From NCBI GenBank assembly GCA_964522375.1, contig CAZFVB010000003.1, forward strand, positions 14,608 through 78,607: a DNA stretch of 64,000 nt. The letters are read 5' to 3'. This stretch comes from an uncultured Chloroflexota bacterium. Lineage in GTDB: Bacteria > Chloroflexota > UBA11872. Positions 9,729 to 19,299 of the stretch are shown here, one piece after another. Below the pieces are notes generated by a model that was given only the letters and a program-made list of their open reading frames with translations, was not told where the DNA came from and did not search any database. Every line of letters starts with the position of its first letter. Position 1 is the stretch's first letter. Made by a program: the position numbers and the translations under genes.

Positions 9729-10763
9729 ATGAGTGAACCAAGTCCCGTCACTGACGCAGCTCCCACCCTCCTCGAAGTCCGTGGCCTCAAAAAACACTTC
9801 CCAATCAAGCAGGGGCTTTTTCGAAGAACCATCGGTCACGCGCGGGCTGTAGATGACGTGAATCTCACGGTGCGTGCGGGCACAACCCTTGGGATTGTGG
9901 GGGAATCTGGCTGTGGCAAGACGACGTTAGGCCGATGCATTGTGCGAGCTATTGATCCAACAGCTGGCCAGGTGTCCCTACGCATCAATGGCGAAATGGT
10001 TGAGATCAGCGACCTCTCCGCCGGGCGATTACGCCCCTTAAGAAAACATCTCCAAATGGTGTTTCAGGACCCCTATTCCAGCCTGAATCCCCGCAAAACC
10101 ATCCTGGATATCGTCTCAGAGCCATTACGTATTCACAATGTCGCCAAGGGTGCCGAACTCGAGGACCAAGTCTGCGAACTGCTTAAGGTCGTGGGCCTCG
10201 ACATTCGATATCTAAAGCGTTACCCGCATGCCTTCAGCGGTGGACAACGCCAGCGCATTGGGATTGCCCGAGCGCTCGGGCTAAACCCCGACCTCATTGT
10301 GTGCGATGAACCGGTGTCGGCACTGGATGTCTCAGTTCAAGCTCAAATCATCAACCTCCTCGAAGATCTCCAGCGTGAATTCGGATTAACGTACCTGTTC
10401 ATCGCACATGACCTGAGTGTGGTGAAACATATTTCCGACGAAGTTGCCGTGATGTATGTCGGAAAATTAGTTGAGCAGGCCGAAACCGAGGATTTGTTCA
10501 GGCAACCCAAGCATCCCTACACCGAGGCCTTGCTCTCCGCAGTCCCCCGTCCTAACCCCGATACGAAACTAGACGCCATCACTCTTGAGGGCGAAGTTGC
10601 GAGCCCCTCCAATCCACCATCGGGATGTTATTTCCATCCTCGCTGCCCCTACGCCGAGTCAATATGCGAAACCGAAACACCTCCGTGGACCAACGTCGGC
10701 CACAACAGATATGCCGCCTGTCACTTCGCCAATGACTTAAACCTACGGGGAGTTGACGACTAA
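9729..10763 (+). CDS. ABC transporter ATP-binding protein (DppF/OppF-like)
   Basis: Walker [10 protein letters not shown], signature FSGGQRQR, Walker [13 protein letters not shown], and a C-terminal Cys-containing tail. Confidence 0.85.
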   Translation: MSEPSPVTDAAPTLLEVRGLKKHFPIKQGLFRRTIGHARAVDDVNLTVRAGTTLGIVGESGCGKTTLGRCIVRAIDPTAGQVSLRINGEMVEISDLSAGRLRPLRKHLQMVFQDPYSSLNPRKTILDIVSEPLRIHNVAKGAELEDQVCELLKVVGLDIRYLKRYPHAFSGGQRQRIGIARALGLNPDLIVCDEPVSALDVSVQAQIINLLEDLQREFGLTYLFIAHDLSVVKHISDEVAVMYVGKLVEQAETEDLFRQPKHPYTEALLSAVPRPNPDTKLDAITLEGEVASPSNPPSGCYFHPRCPYAESICETETPPWTNVGHNRYAACHFANDLNLRGVDD

Positions 10764-10766
10764 ATC

Positions 10767-11195
10767 ATGCTCGTACTCGGGATTGGTATATGGCTCGTAT
10801 TCACAATCCTCATAATCATCCTGATCATTCGGTGGAACGTAGATAAATTTGGATCCCACGTTGAAGCCAACCATCGGGCAGCGGAAGACATTATCAATCA
10901 CGGGTGCGTACCCACCGCCTGGCTCCAGCCATTTCACGACCAACTCACCGAAACATCCCAGCAGGAAACCCCGGAAAACCTTAAGGAATCCGTTGGCCAA
11001 CAAATACTTGATCACTGTGTCGAAAAACTTGACACGTTAATCCGATACTTCGAAAAGAATCGGTTCGCGGCCGACGAGGAGGCCCGCTCAATTCTTCTGG
11101 AATCACTCACCAGCCGTAAGTCGGAATGGATGAATGGGGGTGGCCAGTCAATGCTGGCCCTCGCCGCCAACCAAAAAGGAGCCAGACAGCCATGA
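10767..11195 (+). CDS. Small hypothetical membrane-anchored protein at the end of the transporter operon
   Basis: 142 aa with an N-terminal TM (LVLGIGIWLVFTILIIILII). The start is 4 nt after the ATPase stop, and the stop overlaps the next gene's ATG (ATGA coupling at 11192-11195). Confidence 0.35.
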   Translation: MLVLGIGIWLVFTILIIILIIRWNVDKFGSHVEANHRAAEDIINHGCVPTAWLQPFHDQLTETSQQETPENLKESVGQQILDHCVEKLDTLIRYFEKNRFAADEEARSILLESLTSRKSEWMNGGGQSMLALAANQKGARQP

Positions 11196-12049
11196 AAATT
11201 GCTTATGGAACGTATGCCATGCCAACCGTGGCGTTAGAAGACGCCATCCCGGCCCTCGCGGATATCGGCTACGACGGCGTCGAAATCTGTATCGGGGAAC
11301 GGCATATCGGATCCATGCCAAGCGAATTGACACCGGACCGTCGGACACAGCTCAAGCAACTGTTAACCCAGCACGAGCTGGGAATCCCGGCGTTTTATGT
11401 ATCTGGCGCTCACACTCTCGAACTCGATGATGCGCAACATCAGACCAACCTCGAACACGTCCGTCGTGTCGCCCAACTCGGACACGAACTGGAGGCAGTC
11501 GGAGCCTGGGGGGGGCCGGTCGTAAGTCTTGGAATTGGCGGAAAGTCTGACCAGTGGGAACACATCAAGCACGACATCGTCCGGCGGTTGAACGATTACG
11601 CCGCCATGGCCGTAGAGGAAAATGTCCTGGTCGCGGCAGAAGCTCATTCAGGGGCTGCCGTTGACCGAACGGAACGAGCCTTGTGGGTCATTGAGCAGGT
11701 CGATAGCCCGCTGGTGAAATTGCACTTCGATATTGTGCATACCTTCCTGGCCGGTGAGCGTGTGCAAGATTCGGTACGAGATCTGGTCCCCATAACTGGG
11801 CACACACACATCACAGACGCGCACATCTATCCTGACGGATCTCGAGATCTCCTCCTGCTCGGCCAGGGCCAGCTCGATACCGTCGGGTATCTCAAGGCCA
11901 TGCATAAGGCTGGCTGGACTGACTTCATCACGCTGGAAGTTAGCGGCATGGTCTGGGGCCGAGATGACTACGATCCGATCGCAGCCGCTGTGTTTTCCTA
12001 CCAGACCATCGATCGAGCCTTTGGAGAAGCGGGGGTACCCCGTGAGTAG
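11192..12049 (+). CDS. Sugar phosphate isomerase/epimerase (xylose-isomerase-like TIM barrel)
   Basis: MKIAYGTYAMPTVALEDAIPALADIGYDGVEIC.. is typical AP-endonuclease-2/xylose-isomerase-like TIM barrel. RBS AAAGGAG lies upstream. The ORF-track start at 11126 is upstream and overlapping. Confidence 0.65.
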   Translation: MKIAYGTYAMPTVALEDAIPALADIGYDGVEICIGERHIGSMPSELTPDRRTQLKQLLTQHELGIPAFYVSGAHTLELDDAQHQTNLEHVRRVAQLGHELEAVGAWGGPVVSLGIGGKSDQWEHIKHDIVRRLNDYAAMAVEENVLVAAEAHSGAAVDRTERALWVIEQVDSPLVKLHFDIVHTFLAGERVQDSVRDLVPITGHTHITDAHIYPDGSRDLLLLGQGQLDTVGYLKAMHKAGWTDFITLEVSGMVWGRDDYDPIAAAVFSYQTIDRAFGEAGVPRE

Positions 12050-12135
12050 CTCCGCCTTGCCACGACGCAGGCCACGGGACCTACGAATAGCCGCATTCCG
12101 TTGGAACGGCACCATCACGAAAGACCGAGGTTGGC

Positions 12136-13221
12136 ATGGCGAGTAACCCGGAATTATCGATAGGCATTATTGGCGCGGGAAGCATTGGAACACGACATGT
12201 GTCGAACCTCGAGGTCATGGGTGACGTCACGGTATCCGCCGTATGCGACACCGTTCCCTCACAACTCGAGACGCTCGCAGGCCGGGCCAAGGCTCACGCC
12301 TATACCGACATCGCCGAGATGTTCAAGGGGGAGCCAGACCTTGATGCAGTCGTGATCTGTGTGCCCCCGGTCATCCGCCAACAAATCTTCGAACTTGCCG
12401 CTGCACATGAGGTTGCCGTGTTCTGCGAAAAACCGCCGGCATCAAGCATGGAGGACGCACAGGCGGTGGCCCGGATTGTTCGCGATAGCGGAATGATTTG
12501 CAGTGTCGGGTTCAACTGGCGGTATTCGCCGGCCGTCCAGTACATGCGACGGTTACTGCACGAACAACCCGCCCAACTGGTGCTCAGCACGTTTCTTTCA
12601 GGGGGTGGGTCGGTCGTTGGCCTACGACGAGAGGCCAGTGGCAATTGGTTCTTTAAGAAAGCAATATCCGGTGGGCCGAATCTCGATCAGGCAATCCACG
12701 TTATCGACCAAATGCGCTTTCTCATGGGCGAAATTGTGAAAGTCCAAACGTTTGCCACCAACCTCATTCCCAAATCACAGGACTTTACGGTTGAAGACAC
12801 CACCTCCACGAACCTGCAGTTTGCGAGCGGCGCCACGGGGATGCACGTGCACTCGTGGGGCACACCGCCTCCAGGTGATAACCGCTTCAAACTCATCGGG
12901 CTCGATTATTGGCTCGAACTTAAACCGTATACCCCCGCCCAGGTTCAAGGATCGATGGGGGATACGAGCGACAATTTGGAAGAAATCGACAAAACGTTCG
13001 CCCAGGATTTCACGGATGCACGAAACGAGCGGGTCGTCGAACCACCAGACCCGTGGCACTACGAAGAAATTAAAGTGTTTCTGGACGCCGTCCGAACGCG
13101 CGACACGAGTCGAGTACATAGCAGTTACGACGATGGCATGCGGTCACTAGCCGTGGTTCTGGCCATGAATCGATCCATTGACTCGGGGGAAGCTGAGGCC
13201 ATCGGAGAACTAACACCATGA
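12136..13221 (+). CDS. Gfo/Idh/MocA-family NAD(P)-dependent oxidoreductase
   Basis: N-terminal Rossmann motif IGIIGAGSIGTRH and the EKP motif (FCEKPPA). Confidence 0.75.
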   Translation: MASNPELSIGIIGAGSIGTRHVSNLEVMGDVTVSAVCDTVPSQLETLAGRAKAHAYTDIAEMFKGEPDLDAVVICVPPVIRQQIFELAAAHEVAVFCEKPPASSMEDAQAVARIVRDSGMICSVGFNWRYSPAVQYMRRLLHEQPAQLVLSTFLSGGGSVVGLRREASGNWFFKKAISGGPNLDQAIHVIDQMRFLMGEIVKVQTFATNLIPKSQDFTVEDTTSTNLQFASGATGMHVHSWGTPPPGDNRFKLIGLDYWLELKPYTPAQVQGSMGDTSDNLEEIDKTFAQDFTDARNERVVEPPDPWHYEEIKVFLDAVRTRDTSRVHSSYDDGMRSLAVVLAMNRSIDSGEAEAIGELTP

Positions 13222-13260
13222 CCCCAATCCGTTTCCTCCCATACCCTGCGTCTCTCATCC

Positions 13261-14181
13261 GTGACAAGAGGAGATCTGGCCATGCATCACTCAACTGACC
13301 AGCAGGCCATCCTTACGGCCGACCAAAAACAGTTCTGGCAGGACAATGGCTACCTTCGACTGGAGAAGGTTTTCACTCCCGAACAAGTCCAGGACCAATC
13401 GGATGAACTTGAGCGGATGATGCAGGAATGGGGTGCCATGGGACAGGGATGGCGTGGACCATGGCGCAAAGCGATCATGGAAGCCGATGAAGCCGATCAA
13501 GCCAAGGCCCTGATCCTTGCCGGACTTCAGAACTACTCGGCCACGTATCTGCAAGCCGTCGTCAACCCCACACTGACCGGCGCCGTCAGTACATTGCTCG
13601 GCGATACCGCCGTTGAATTCCACCACTCCGTCCTTCACGCCAAGGCCCCAGGCCTCGGCACCCCCTTCCCCATGCACCAGGACTGGCCCTTCTACCCGCA
13701 CTGGGGTCCAGGATGCGTGGCCGCCATCATGCATATCGATGCAGCAAATGAAGACAACGGATGCCTTTCCTTCCTCCCTGGCAGCCACAAGAATGGCCCG
13801 CTTCAACACGTGCTGCATACCGTCGAGGACTACGGCGAATACGAGCAGCCCTACCTTCCAGTCGAGGAATATCCGCTCGAATCGGCCGTCTTATGCCCGG
13901 CAGATGCTGGCGATGTCGTGTTCTTCAACGTGAACACGGTGCACGGATCGGCGCCAAACCGGACCGACGGATGGCGACGGCTTATTCGGGTCGTGTACCG
14001 GGACCCAGAAAACCCAGCCCTCTTGCCGCAACATACCCACTGGACCGGGCCAACTCACAACCGCAGCAAGTCAAAACCTTCGGAAGACCCACGAGGAATG
14101 ATTGTCCACGGCAAATATCATCGCCCGGAAACAACACCCGAACCGTCCGAACCCACGCTAACCGGACAAGCACCGAATTAA
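13261..14181 (+). CDS. Phytanoyl-CoA dioxygenase (PhyH) family Fe(II)/2-oxoglutarate dioxygenase
   Basis: PhyH-like pattern (..WQDNGYLRLEKVFTPEQV.., HQDWPFYPH, ..NTVHGSAPNRTD..). Start could be ATG 13282. Confidence 0.6.
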   Translation: MTRGDLAMHHSTDQQAILTADQKQFWQDNGYLRLEKVFTPEQVQDQSDELERMMQEWGAMGQGWRGPWRKAIMEADEADQAKALILAGLQNYSATYLQAVVNPTLTGAVSTLLGDTAVEFHHSVLHAKAPGLGTPFPMHQDWPFYPHWGPGCVAAIMHIDAANEDNGCLSFLPGSHKNGPLQHVLHTVEDYGEYEQPYLPVEEYPLESAVLCPADAGDVVFFNVNTVHGSAPNRTDGWRRLIRVVYRDPENPALLPQHTHWTGPTHNRSKSKPSEDPRGMIVHGKYHRPETTPEPSEPTLTGQAPN

Positions 14182-14233
14182 TGAATCCACAACGTCAATG
14201 TGGAGCTAAGTTCACACCTGTCGGAGGACGTCC

Positions 14234-14638
14234 ATGAGCAGCAGTCAAATGACGGAGCGGGACGCAAAAGTCATTTCCAACACTGCGGTCGAACCCGAGC
14301 GCATCGAACTGGAAGGATTTCAACGGACCGTTACTAAGTTGCTCGAAACAACCCGCATGACCGTCCACGTTGCGACCTTTGACCCGCAACAGGCTGGTTC
14401 TCATCATGTCCATCCCAAATCCGAGGAAGTGACGTACATCATCAGTGGGGCAGGTGCCGTTACGGTTGGAACTCGAACCCTCGATCTGTCGGCCGGCGAC
14501 CTGTTCTACGGTCCGCCGAATGTCCCGCACCAATTCCGCAATACCACCAACGAACCGCTTGTCCTATTTTCGATCTATAGCCCACCTGACGAACTCCCGC
14601 TCTACGGAAATCTGCCAACCGCGAACGACGAGGCGTAA
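14234..14638 (+). CDS. Cupin-domain protein
   Basis: 134 aa with cupin motifs (HHVHPKSEEVTYIISGAG.. / ..GDLFYGPPNVPHQFRN). Confidence 0.6.
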   Translation: MSSSQMTERDAKVISNTAVEPERIELEGFQRTVTKLLETTRMTVHVATFDPQQAGSHHVHPKSEEVTYIISGAGAVTVGTRTLDLSAGDLFYGPPNVPHQFRNTTNEPLVLFSIYSPPDELPLYGNLPTANDEA

Positions 14639-14645
14639 TCCCCCG

Positions 14646-16223
14646 TCAACACCCTTCCAGGTGACGAAGTTCCGGCCATATGGACTTCATCGACCATGCC
14701 GACAGCGACTGGAGACGGGCCGGACCTCCACGGGCAAAAAGCGCCACCCCGGCACTATCCTCCCGCGACGGATAGGTGCGAAGGGTTAAGCATTGTTGAT
14801 CACCCACAAATACTTCCACCACGCTTCTATCAACGAATACGCGGAGACGCAACAAGTCGTCCGGGTCCGATGTGAGCGGCCCAATCTCAGGATCTCGTGC
14901 ATACACATCCTCACGTAGTGACGCCTGAGAGATATCGATTTGCAAACGAGGTGTTCCGCCCACTTGGCCGGTCTTGGCCTGAAGTAACGAGATCCGTGTC
15001 TGTTCTACGCCGTCAGGAGATCGAAGCACCGCAATCCCGACCTCACGAGCCTCTCCCGGATCAATCACCGCCTGGATCTCGAGCGCTTTTCCATTCACCG
15101 TGTCGATCGGAATCTCCGTATTCCCAGGAATCTCCATTGAATCGACGACCACCTCATCGCCCCGTAGCGACTCAATCTCCTCGACTGGCGCCATACGAAG
15201 CGACGCGTCCGAATCCAACCAATAGTGACGGGGCAGCGTCATCACATCGGTCCACGCCGTTCCAGCACGACCTTCCTTCACATTAAACACACCGATGTAC
15301 CGACCCTGGTCATCCACCGTCGCGGTTGGCGCGTGCAGGCTACCCGTTGCAAACGCGCCATAGTTCATCCGTCCAAACCGTTCAGGATTCAGACGATGCG
15401 TCTCACGGTCATAGGTTCCGATGTAGTACTGCCCGGCCCGTTTATGACTAAAGAAAAGCATCATGTGGCGACCGTCGCCAATGGGCCAGAAATTCGGCAC
15501 CGCGCCGTCCTCACCGGGTTCCGAGTGAAAACCGCCTTCGATAAGCGTGCCAACATGTTCCCAGGTAGAAAGGTCCGACGATCGAAAGAGGTGGTCTATT
15601 GCGCGGCAATCCGCCCGTAATTCACCATCCTTATAAGTGCCTGAAATGGCGTAGTACCCGTCATCTTCTTTCCAGATGCACGGATCGAACACCCGGTATG
15701 GAGATCCATCCGCATCAATCGGAACCATCGGAATAACCGGGTTATCCGGATGCTTGGCCCAATTCAGCAGCAACGGATCCGTCGCCGTCGCAATACTGTT
15801 ACCGGATTCAGTACCGTGATAAATCGCAATCACTCGATCCGGTTCGACCAGCGTTTGCCCGCTATAACAATGATGCTCGGTTGTCGGATAGAGGGCCGGC
15901 GGAAGATCCGTCCAGCGGACGAGATCATCACTGACCGTGTGCCCCCAATGCACCCGGTTTTCGTTATCAGGTTTCCCCCACTGCGGGCGAAACTGATAGA
16001 ACATGTGAAAACGTCCTTGCCACTGACATAACCCATTGGGGTCATTCATCATTCCCTGCGGTGGCGAAAAATGAAACAGCGGACGATAGGGATCCGTAGC
16101 AAGTGCCTGCCGCGAAGCCAAGAACTCCGCAAGGTCAGGATCTTCGGCTAATGCCGAACGCTGGGCCTCTAATTCATCCGGAAAGATCCGACCATACAGA
16201 GGTGTGTGGGCCATTGCTCTCAA
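14646..16223 (-). CDS. Glycoside hydrolase family 32 (beta-fructofuranosidase / levanase / inulinase-like)
   Basis: GH32 hallmark MMNDPNGL near the N-terminus (..FHFSPPQGMMNDPNGLCQWQGRFHMFYQF..), an RDP-like region and a C-terminal beta-sandwich, 525 aa. Confidence 0.8.
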   Translation of the reverse strand: MRAMAHTPLYGRIFPDELEAQRSALAEDPDLAEFLASRQALATDPYRPLFHFSPPQGMMNDPNGLCQWQGRFHMFYQFRPQWGKPDNENRVHWGHTVSDDLVRWTDLPPALYPTTEHHCYSGQTLVEPDRVIAIYHGTESGNSIATATDPLLLNWAKHPDNPVIPMVPIDADGSPYRVFDPCIWKEDDGYYAISGTYKDGELRADCRAIDHLFRSSDLSTWEHVGTLIEGGFHSEPGEDGAVPNFWPIGDGRHMMLFFSHKRAGQYYIGTYDRETHRLNPERFGRMNYGAFATGSLHAPTATVDDQGRYIGVFNVKEGRAGTAWTDVMTLPRHYWLDSDASLRMAPVEEIESLRGDEVVVDSMEIPGNTEIPIDTVNGKALEIQAVIDPGEAREVGIAVLRSPDGVEQTRISLLQAKTGQVGGTPRLQIDISQASLREDVYARDPEIGPLTSDPDDLLRLRVFVDRSVVEVFVGDQQCLTLRTYPSREDSAGVALFARGGPARLQSLSAWSMKSIWPELRHLEGC

Positions 16224-16286
16224 TATTCCCGTGTCATACCTGTCTTCATCATCGCACTTTCGCGCACGATCTTCGGCGACCTGAAT

Positions 16287-17534
16287 CTAGGTGACATGGC
16301 CATCCCCCTTTGTCCCTCGAAGCCCCTCAACCACCGTTGCCAGAACCTCGACAAATTCACGCGCGTGCGTCACATCCCGATGGGGATGGATCGACAACCG
16401 AATACGTCCGGTCCCACCCGATTGCCCGTAGGTACTCCCCCAACCTGACTTCCGCAATTCCAGGTGCAGTTGCTGGACATCCACAACATCAGAGGTGAAA
16501 TTGACCACGCCAAGCCCCGGGCGGGCCAGTAATCGAAGCCCTGCAATCGCATCGATCCCTTCACTGACAATCTGGACAACCTCCAACAAATTTTTAATGG
16601 ACGCCCGATAACCACTCCGACCCAAATGCCGCATAACCGCCCATGCTGCAGCCGCATGATCACCAGGCTTTGTCGCTGTAATGGTGTGAATAACCGTTGA
16701 GTCCGATGGGATGGCGTTCAACATATCGGCATCGCGGACCAGGAAAAACCCGGTAGCCACGGGAAGCAAGCCGAGCTTGTGCCCGTCGGTCATCATCGAA
16801 CTCACGCCCGGCAGACTGAAATCAAATGCAGGCACCTGGTACCCGAGTTCACGAACAAAGGGCAACCCAAACCCGCCGAACGCAGCATCGACGTGTAGAT
16901 ACAGACCATGTCGTTCCGCAATAGCCGAGAACTCTTCAACCGGATCAAGTTGTCCGAAATTGCCTTCCGGAGCTGAACACACCAGGGCAACCGTGTGTTG
17001 ATTAAGGAGTTGCTCCACCTGGCTCATATCGGGCCGCATCGCATCATCGACAGGGATTTCTCGCAATCGAAGCCCGAACAATTCAGCCGCCATACGAAAG
17101 CTATAGTGCGCGGACACTGGCAGCACGACCTCGGGTTCGGACACACCCGCCAGGTTTCTGGCCAATCGCATGGCCATTAAATTCGACTCGGTCCCCCCAC
17201 TGGTGATAAATCCGACGGCCTCCGGATGTCCCAGGAGAGAACCCAACATGCGGACCGCCTGCTTTTCAAACAGGTCGGTAGCGGGATTCATCTCACGAGC
17301 CCATTCCACAAAAAAACGGCCGGCCGTGAGGTCACGCACCCGCTCCACAATGGCATGCGGCGGGCCCACATAACTCACACCAAAGTTTTTCTCCACGGCA
17401 TATGGATCAGACGTGAGATGCGCTGCAAGATCAGCCAGCACGTCCTCCTCAGGCGCACCGTGTTCGGGGAAATCCATCGGCGGCGGCATGGGGATCGCCG
17501 AGCGATCGCCGGTCCGGTCAAATTCCTTGGCCAC
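16287..17534 (-). CDS. Pyridoxal-phosphate-dependent decarboxylase (group II; MfnA / Glu / diaminobutyrate-decarboxylase-like)
   Basis: 415 aa fold-type I PLP enzyme with the DGHK lysine motif (..SMMTDGHKLGLLPVATGFFLVRD..). Confidence 0.65.
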   Translation of the reverse strand: MAKEFDRTGDRSAIPMPPPMDFPEHGAPEEDVLADLAAHLTSDPYAVEKNFGVSYVGPPHAIVERVRDLTAGRFFVEWAREMNPATDLFEKQAVRMLGSLLGHPEAVGFITSGGTESNLMAMRLARNLAGVSEPEVVLPVSAHYSFRMAAELFGLRLREIPVDDAMRPDMSQVEQLLNQHTVALVCSAPEGNFGQLDPVEEFSAIAERHGLYLHVDAAFGGFGLPFVRELGYQVPAFDFSLPGVSSMMTDGHKLGLLPVATGFFLVRDADMLNAIPSDSTVIHTITATKPGDHAAAAWAVMRHLGRSGYRASIKNLLEVVQIVSEGIDAIAGLRLLARPGLGVVNFTSDVVDVQQLHLELRKSGWGSTYGQSGGTGRIRLSIHPHRDVTHAREFVEVLATVVEGLRGTKGDGHVT

Positions 17535-17613
17535 AACACTTTCTCCTCATCCCGCAACAGACTCCAGTCTATCCAGCAGCTAAATCTATAAGATCGATAA
17601 GAGCGTCATATCC

Positions 17614-19209
17614 CTATAGATCACGATCCCCGGCAAAGCCCGGACCTCCAGCAGCTACGTAACCCCGACTCGATCCTGACTTCGACGTGCTGACCCAGAA
17701 GGCATAGAACTTGCCCCGACGGATCTGAAACCGAAAGCGAACCGGCCGTCCAACGACCGACGCTAGATGGTCGACCTCTCGCCAACCCACGCTCACGCAC
17801 GTCGAATCGACAGCCACCGGCTGACACGCGTCAAGCGTGAATGGCTCGATGACATTGCCATGCTCATCCAAAACTTCGACACGCAATTCGCCCCTGGGGT
17901 TATCCACGTTAAGGAACAGGTGCTCGCCACGAAACGTCACCAACCGGGTCACCAGAGTTTCCAGATCATCACCAGCATCCATCGACGCAAACCCGTCGCG
18001 GCGGAGCGTCGCGAGCCCCGTATGACCGCCTGCATACATCGCGTTGTCCTGGGGAAAGTCATCCCCGGTTTGACCCGGGCCTAACACAGACCCCTGACCA
18101 GAAAACGCCCCGTAGTAAAACCACAATTCTTCACCCACTACAAGACACACACCTCCGGCAGCATGGATATACCCGTAGTTCCAATCCCCCCATTCGTGAC
18201 TTGACCCAATAAAGGCCTTCCGATGAGGACGATGCCAATGAAATCCATCGCGGCTATACGCGATTTGGACATCATTGATCTTGGGACGGCTGATGCGAGC
18301 CGCCTCCTCATTATGTGGCCCGTGAAAAATCGAGATCGCCCCCAACATGATGCTCTCGTATGCCACTGCAGTAAGATCGTAGAGCTGGGGCTGAAGGCCA
18401 ATTTGTGGGATTGGACGATCGAAATGGTCCGCTCGAGCCCATTGCACCGGGACGTCCTCAGCCCACGATCCCACACGAGCAAAGCTCGGATGCTCGACGT
18501 ACATTCGCGCACGATCACCGCCATTCCAACCCCGGCGAATGCTAAAGACCCATTGCTTACGAAATGGGTTATAGAAAAAACTTGTGTTATCGCCACACTC
18601 AGACACGGGCGCGACTTCTTCCCAGTGTGCACCGTCCGGCGACGCATAGATCCAACCACCATTTCGATGAACGCCTCGCCAGTAGATGAACATTTTGAAA
18701 CGTTCGGCCGATGGCGCATCCGCATCACGCCACACCAGGGCGCCATCGCGCCGATCGGTCGTGGGGTGCGCTACAACCGCGTTCGTGCCCTCTACCACGT
18801 CCAACATCGGACGGTCCCACTGAATCCCATCGGCACTGGTGGCTAACGCCGTGCCATCAAACCATCCGGCGTGATACCAGAGCTTGAATTGCCCTTCCTC
18901 GGGGTCATACCACGCCCCGTCGTTAAATGGAGCAGCCACTGGACAATGGTCATCGTTACGTTCCAACCGCGTTCGTGGTGACAGGACAGGTGCAGCCTCG
19001 TGAATGGTGGCGGTGTGGTGGGTGCGGTTCAACGACGATTCCTCGATCAGGAAGTCATCAACGAAGAGTTGCCGCCCAATGTCAATCGGGACTACCCGGG
19101 GCCTGTCCACCAGATATGGCACCGGCAACGGGTCAGAGCCAGCCACAATCCCGGTCGGAGGCCAGGTATCGGGACGCGAAATTCCGTTGTACATGGGTCG
19201 GGATGTCAC
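17614..19209 (-). CDS. Putative beta-propeller glycoside hydrolase-like protein (GH130/GH43/GH32-clan-like), family unassigned
   Basis: 531 aa. N-terminal region ..AAPVLSP..PFNDGAWYDPEEGQFKLWYHAGW.. and recurring ..SRDGFHW.. / ..WGDWNYGYIHAAG.. blades resemble 5-bladed propeller hydrolases. I cannot name a family from reading alone. Confidence 0.3.
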   Translation of the reverse strand: MTSRPMYNGISRPDTWPPTGIVAGSDPLPVPYLVDRPRVVPIDIGRQLFVDDFLIEESSLNRTHHTATIHEAAPVLSPRTRLERNDDHCPVAAPFNDGAWYDPEEGQFKLWYHAGWFDGTALATSADGIQWDRPMLDVVEGTNAVVAHPTTDRRDGALVWRDADAPSAERFKMFIYWRGVHRNGGWIYASPDGAHWEEVAPVSECGDNTSFFYNPFRKQWVFSIRRGWNGGDRARMYVEHPSFARVGSWAEDVPVQWARADHFDRPIPQIGLQPQLYDLTAVAYESIMLGAISIFHGPHNEEAARISRPKINDVQIAYSRDGFHWHRPHRKAFIGSSHEWGDWNYGYIHAAGGVCLVVGEELWFYYGAFSGQGSVLGPGQTGDDFPQDNAMYAGGHTGLATLRRDGFASMDAGDDLETLVTRLVTFRGEHLFLNVDNPRGELRVEVLDEHGNVIEPFTLDACQPVAVDSTCVSVGWREVDHLASVVGRPVRFRFQIRRGKFYAFWVSTSKSGSSRGYVAAGGPGFAGDRDL

Positions 19210-19299
19210 GAGGAACGGTCAATATACGGTCGTAACAGGCACACGCGAACCATCAGGAGCCGCCCTGCCCGTCGACGATTACAACGGACCATTGCTCAC

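Noticed and set aside
16287-17534. Calling the PLP enzyme specifically glutamate decarboxylase or tyrosine decarboxylase
   Set aside because: Only the group II decarboxylase fold and the lysine motif are recognisable by eye. Substrate specificity cannot be inferred without phylogeny, so it is left generic.
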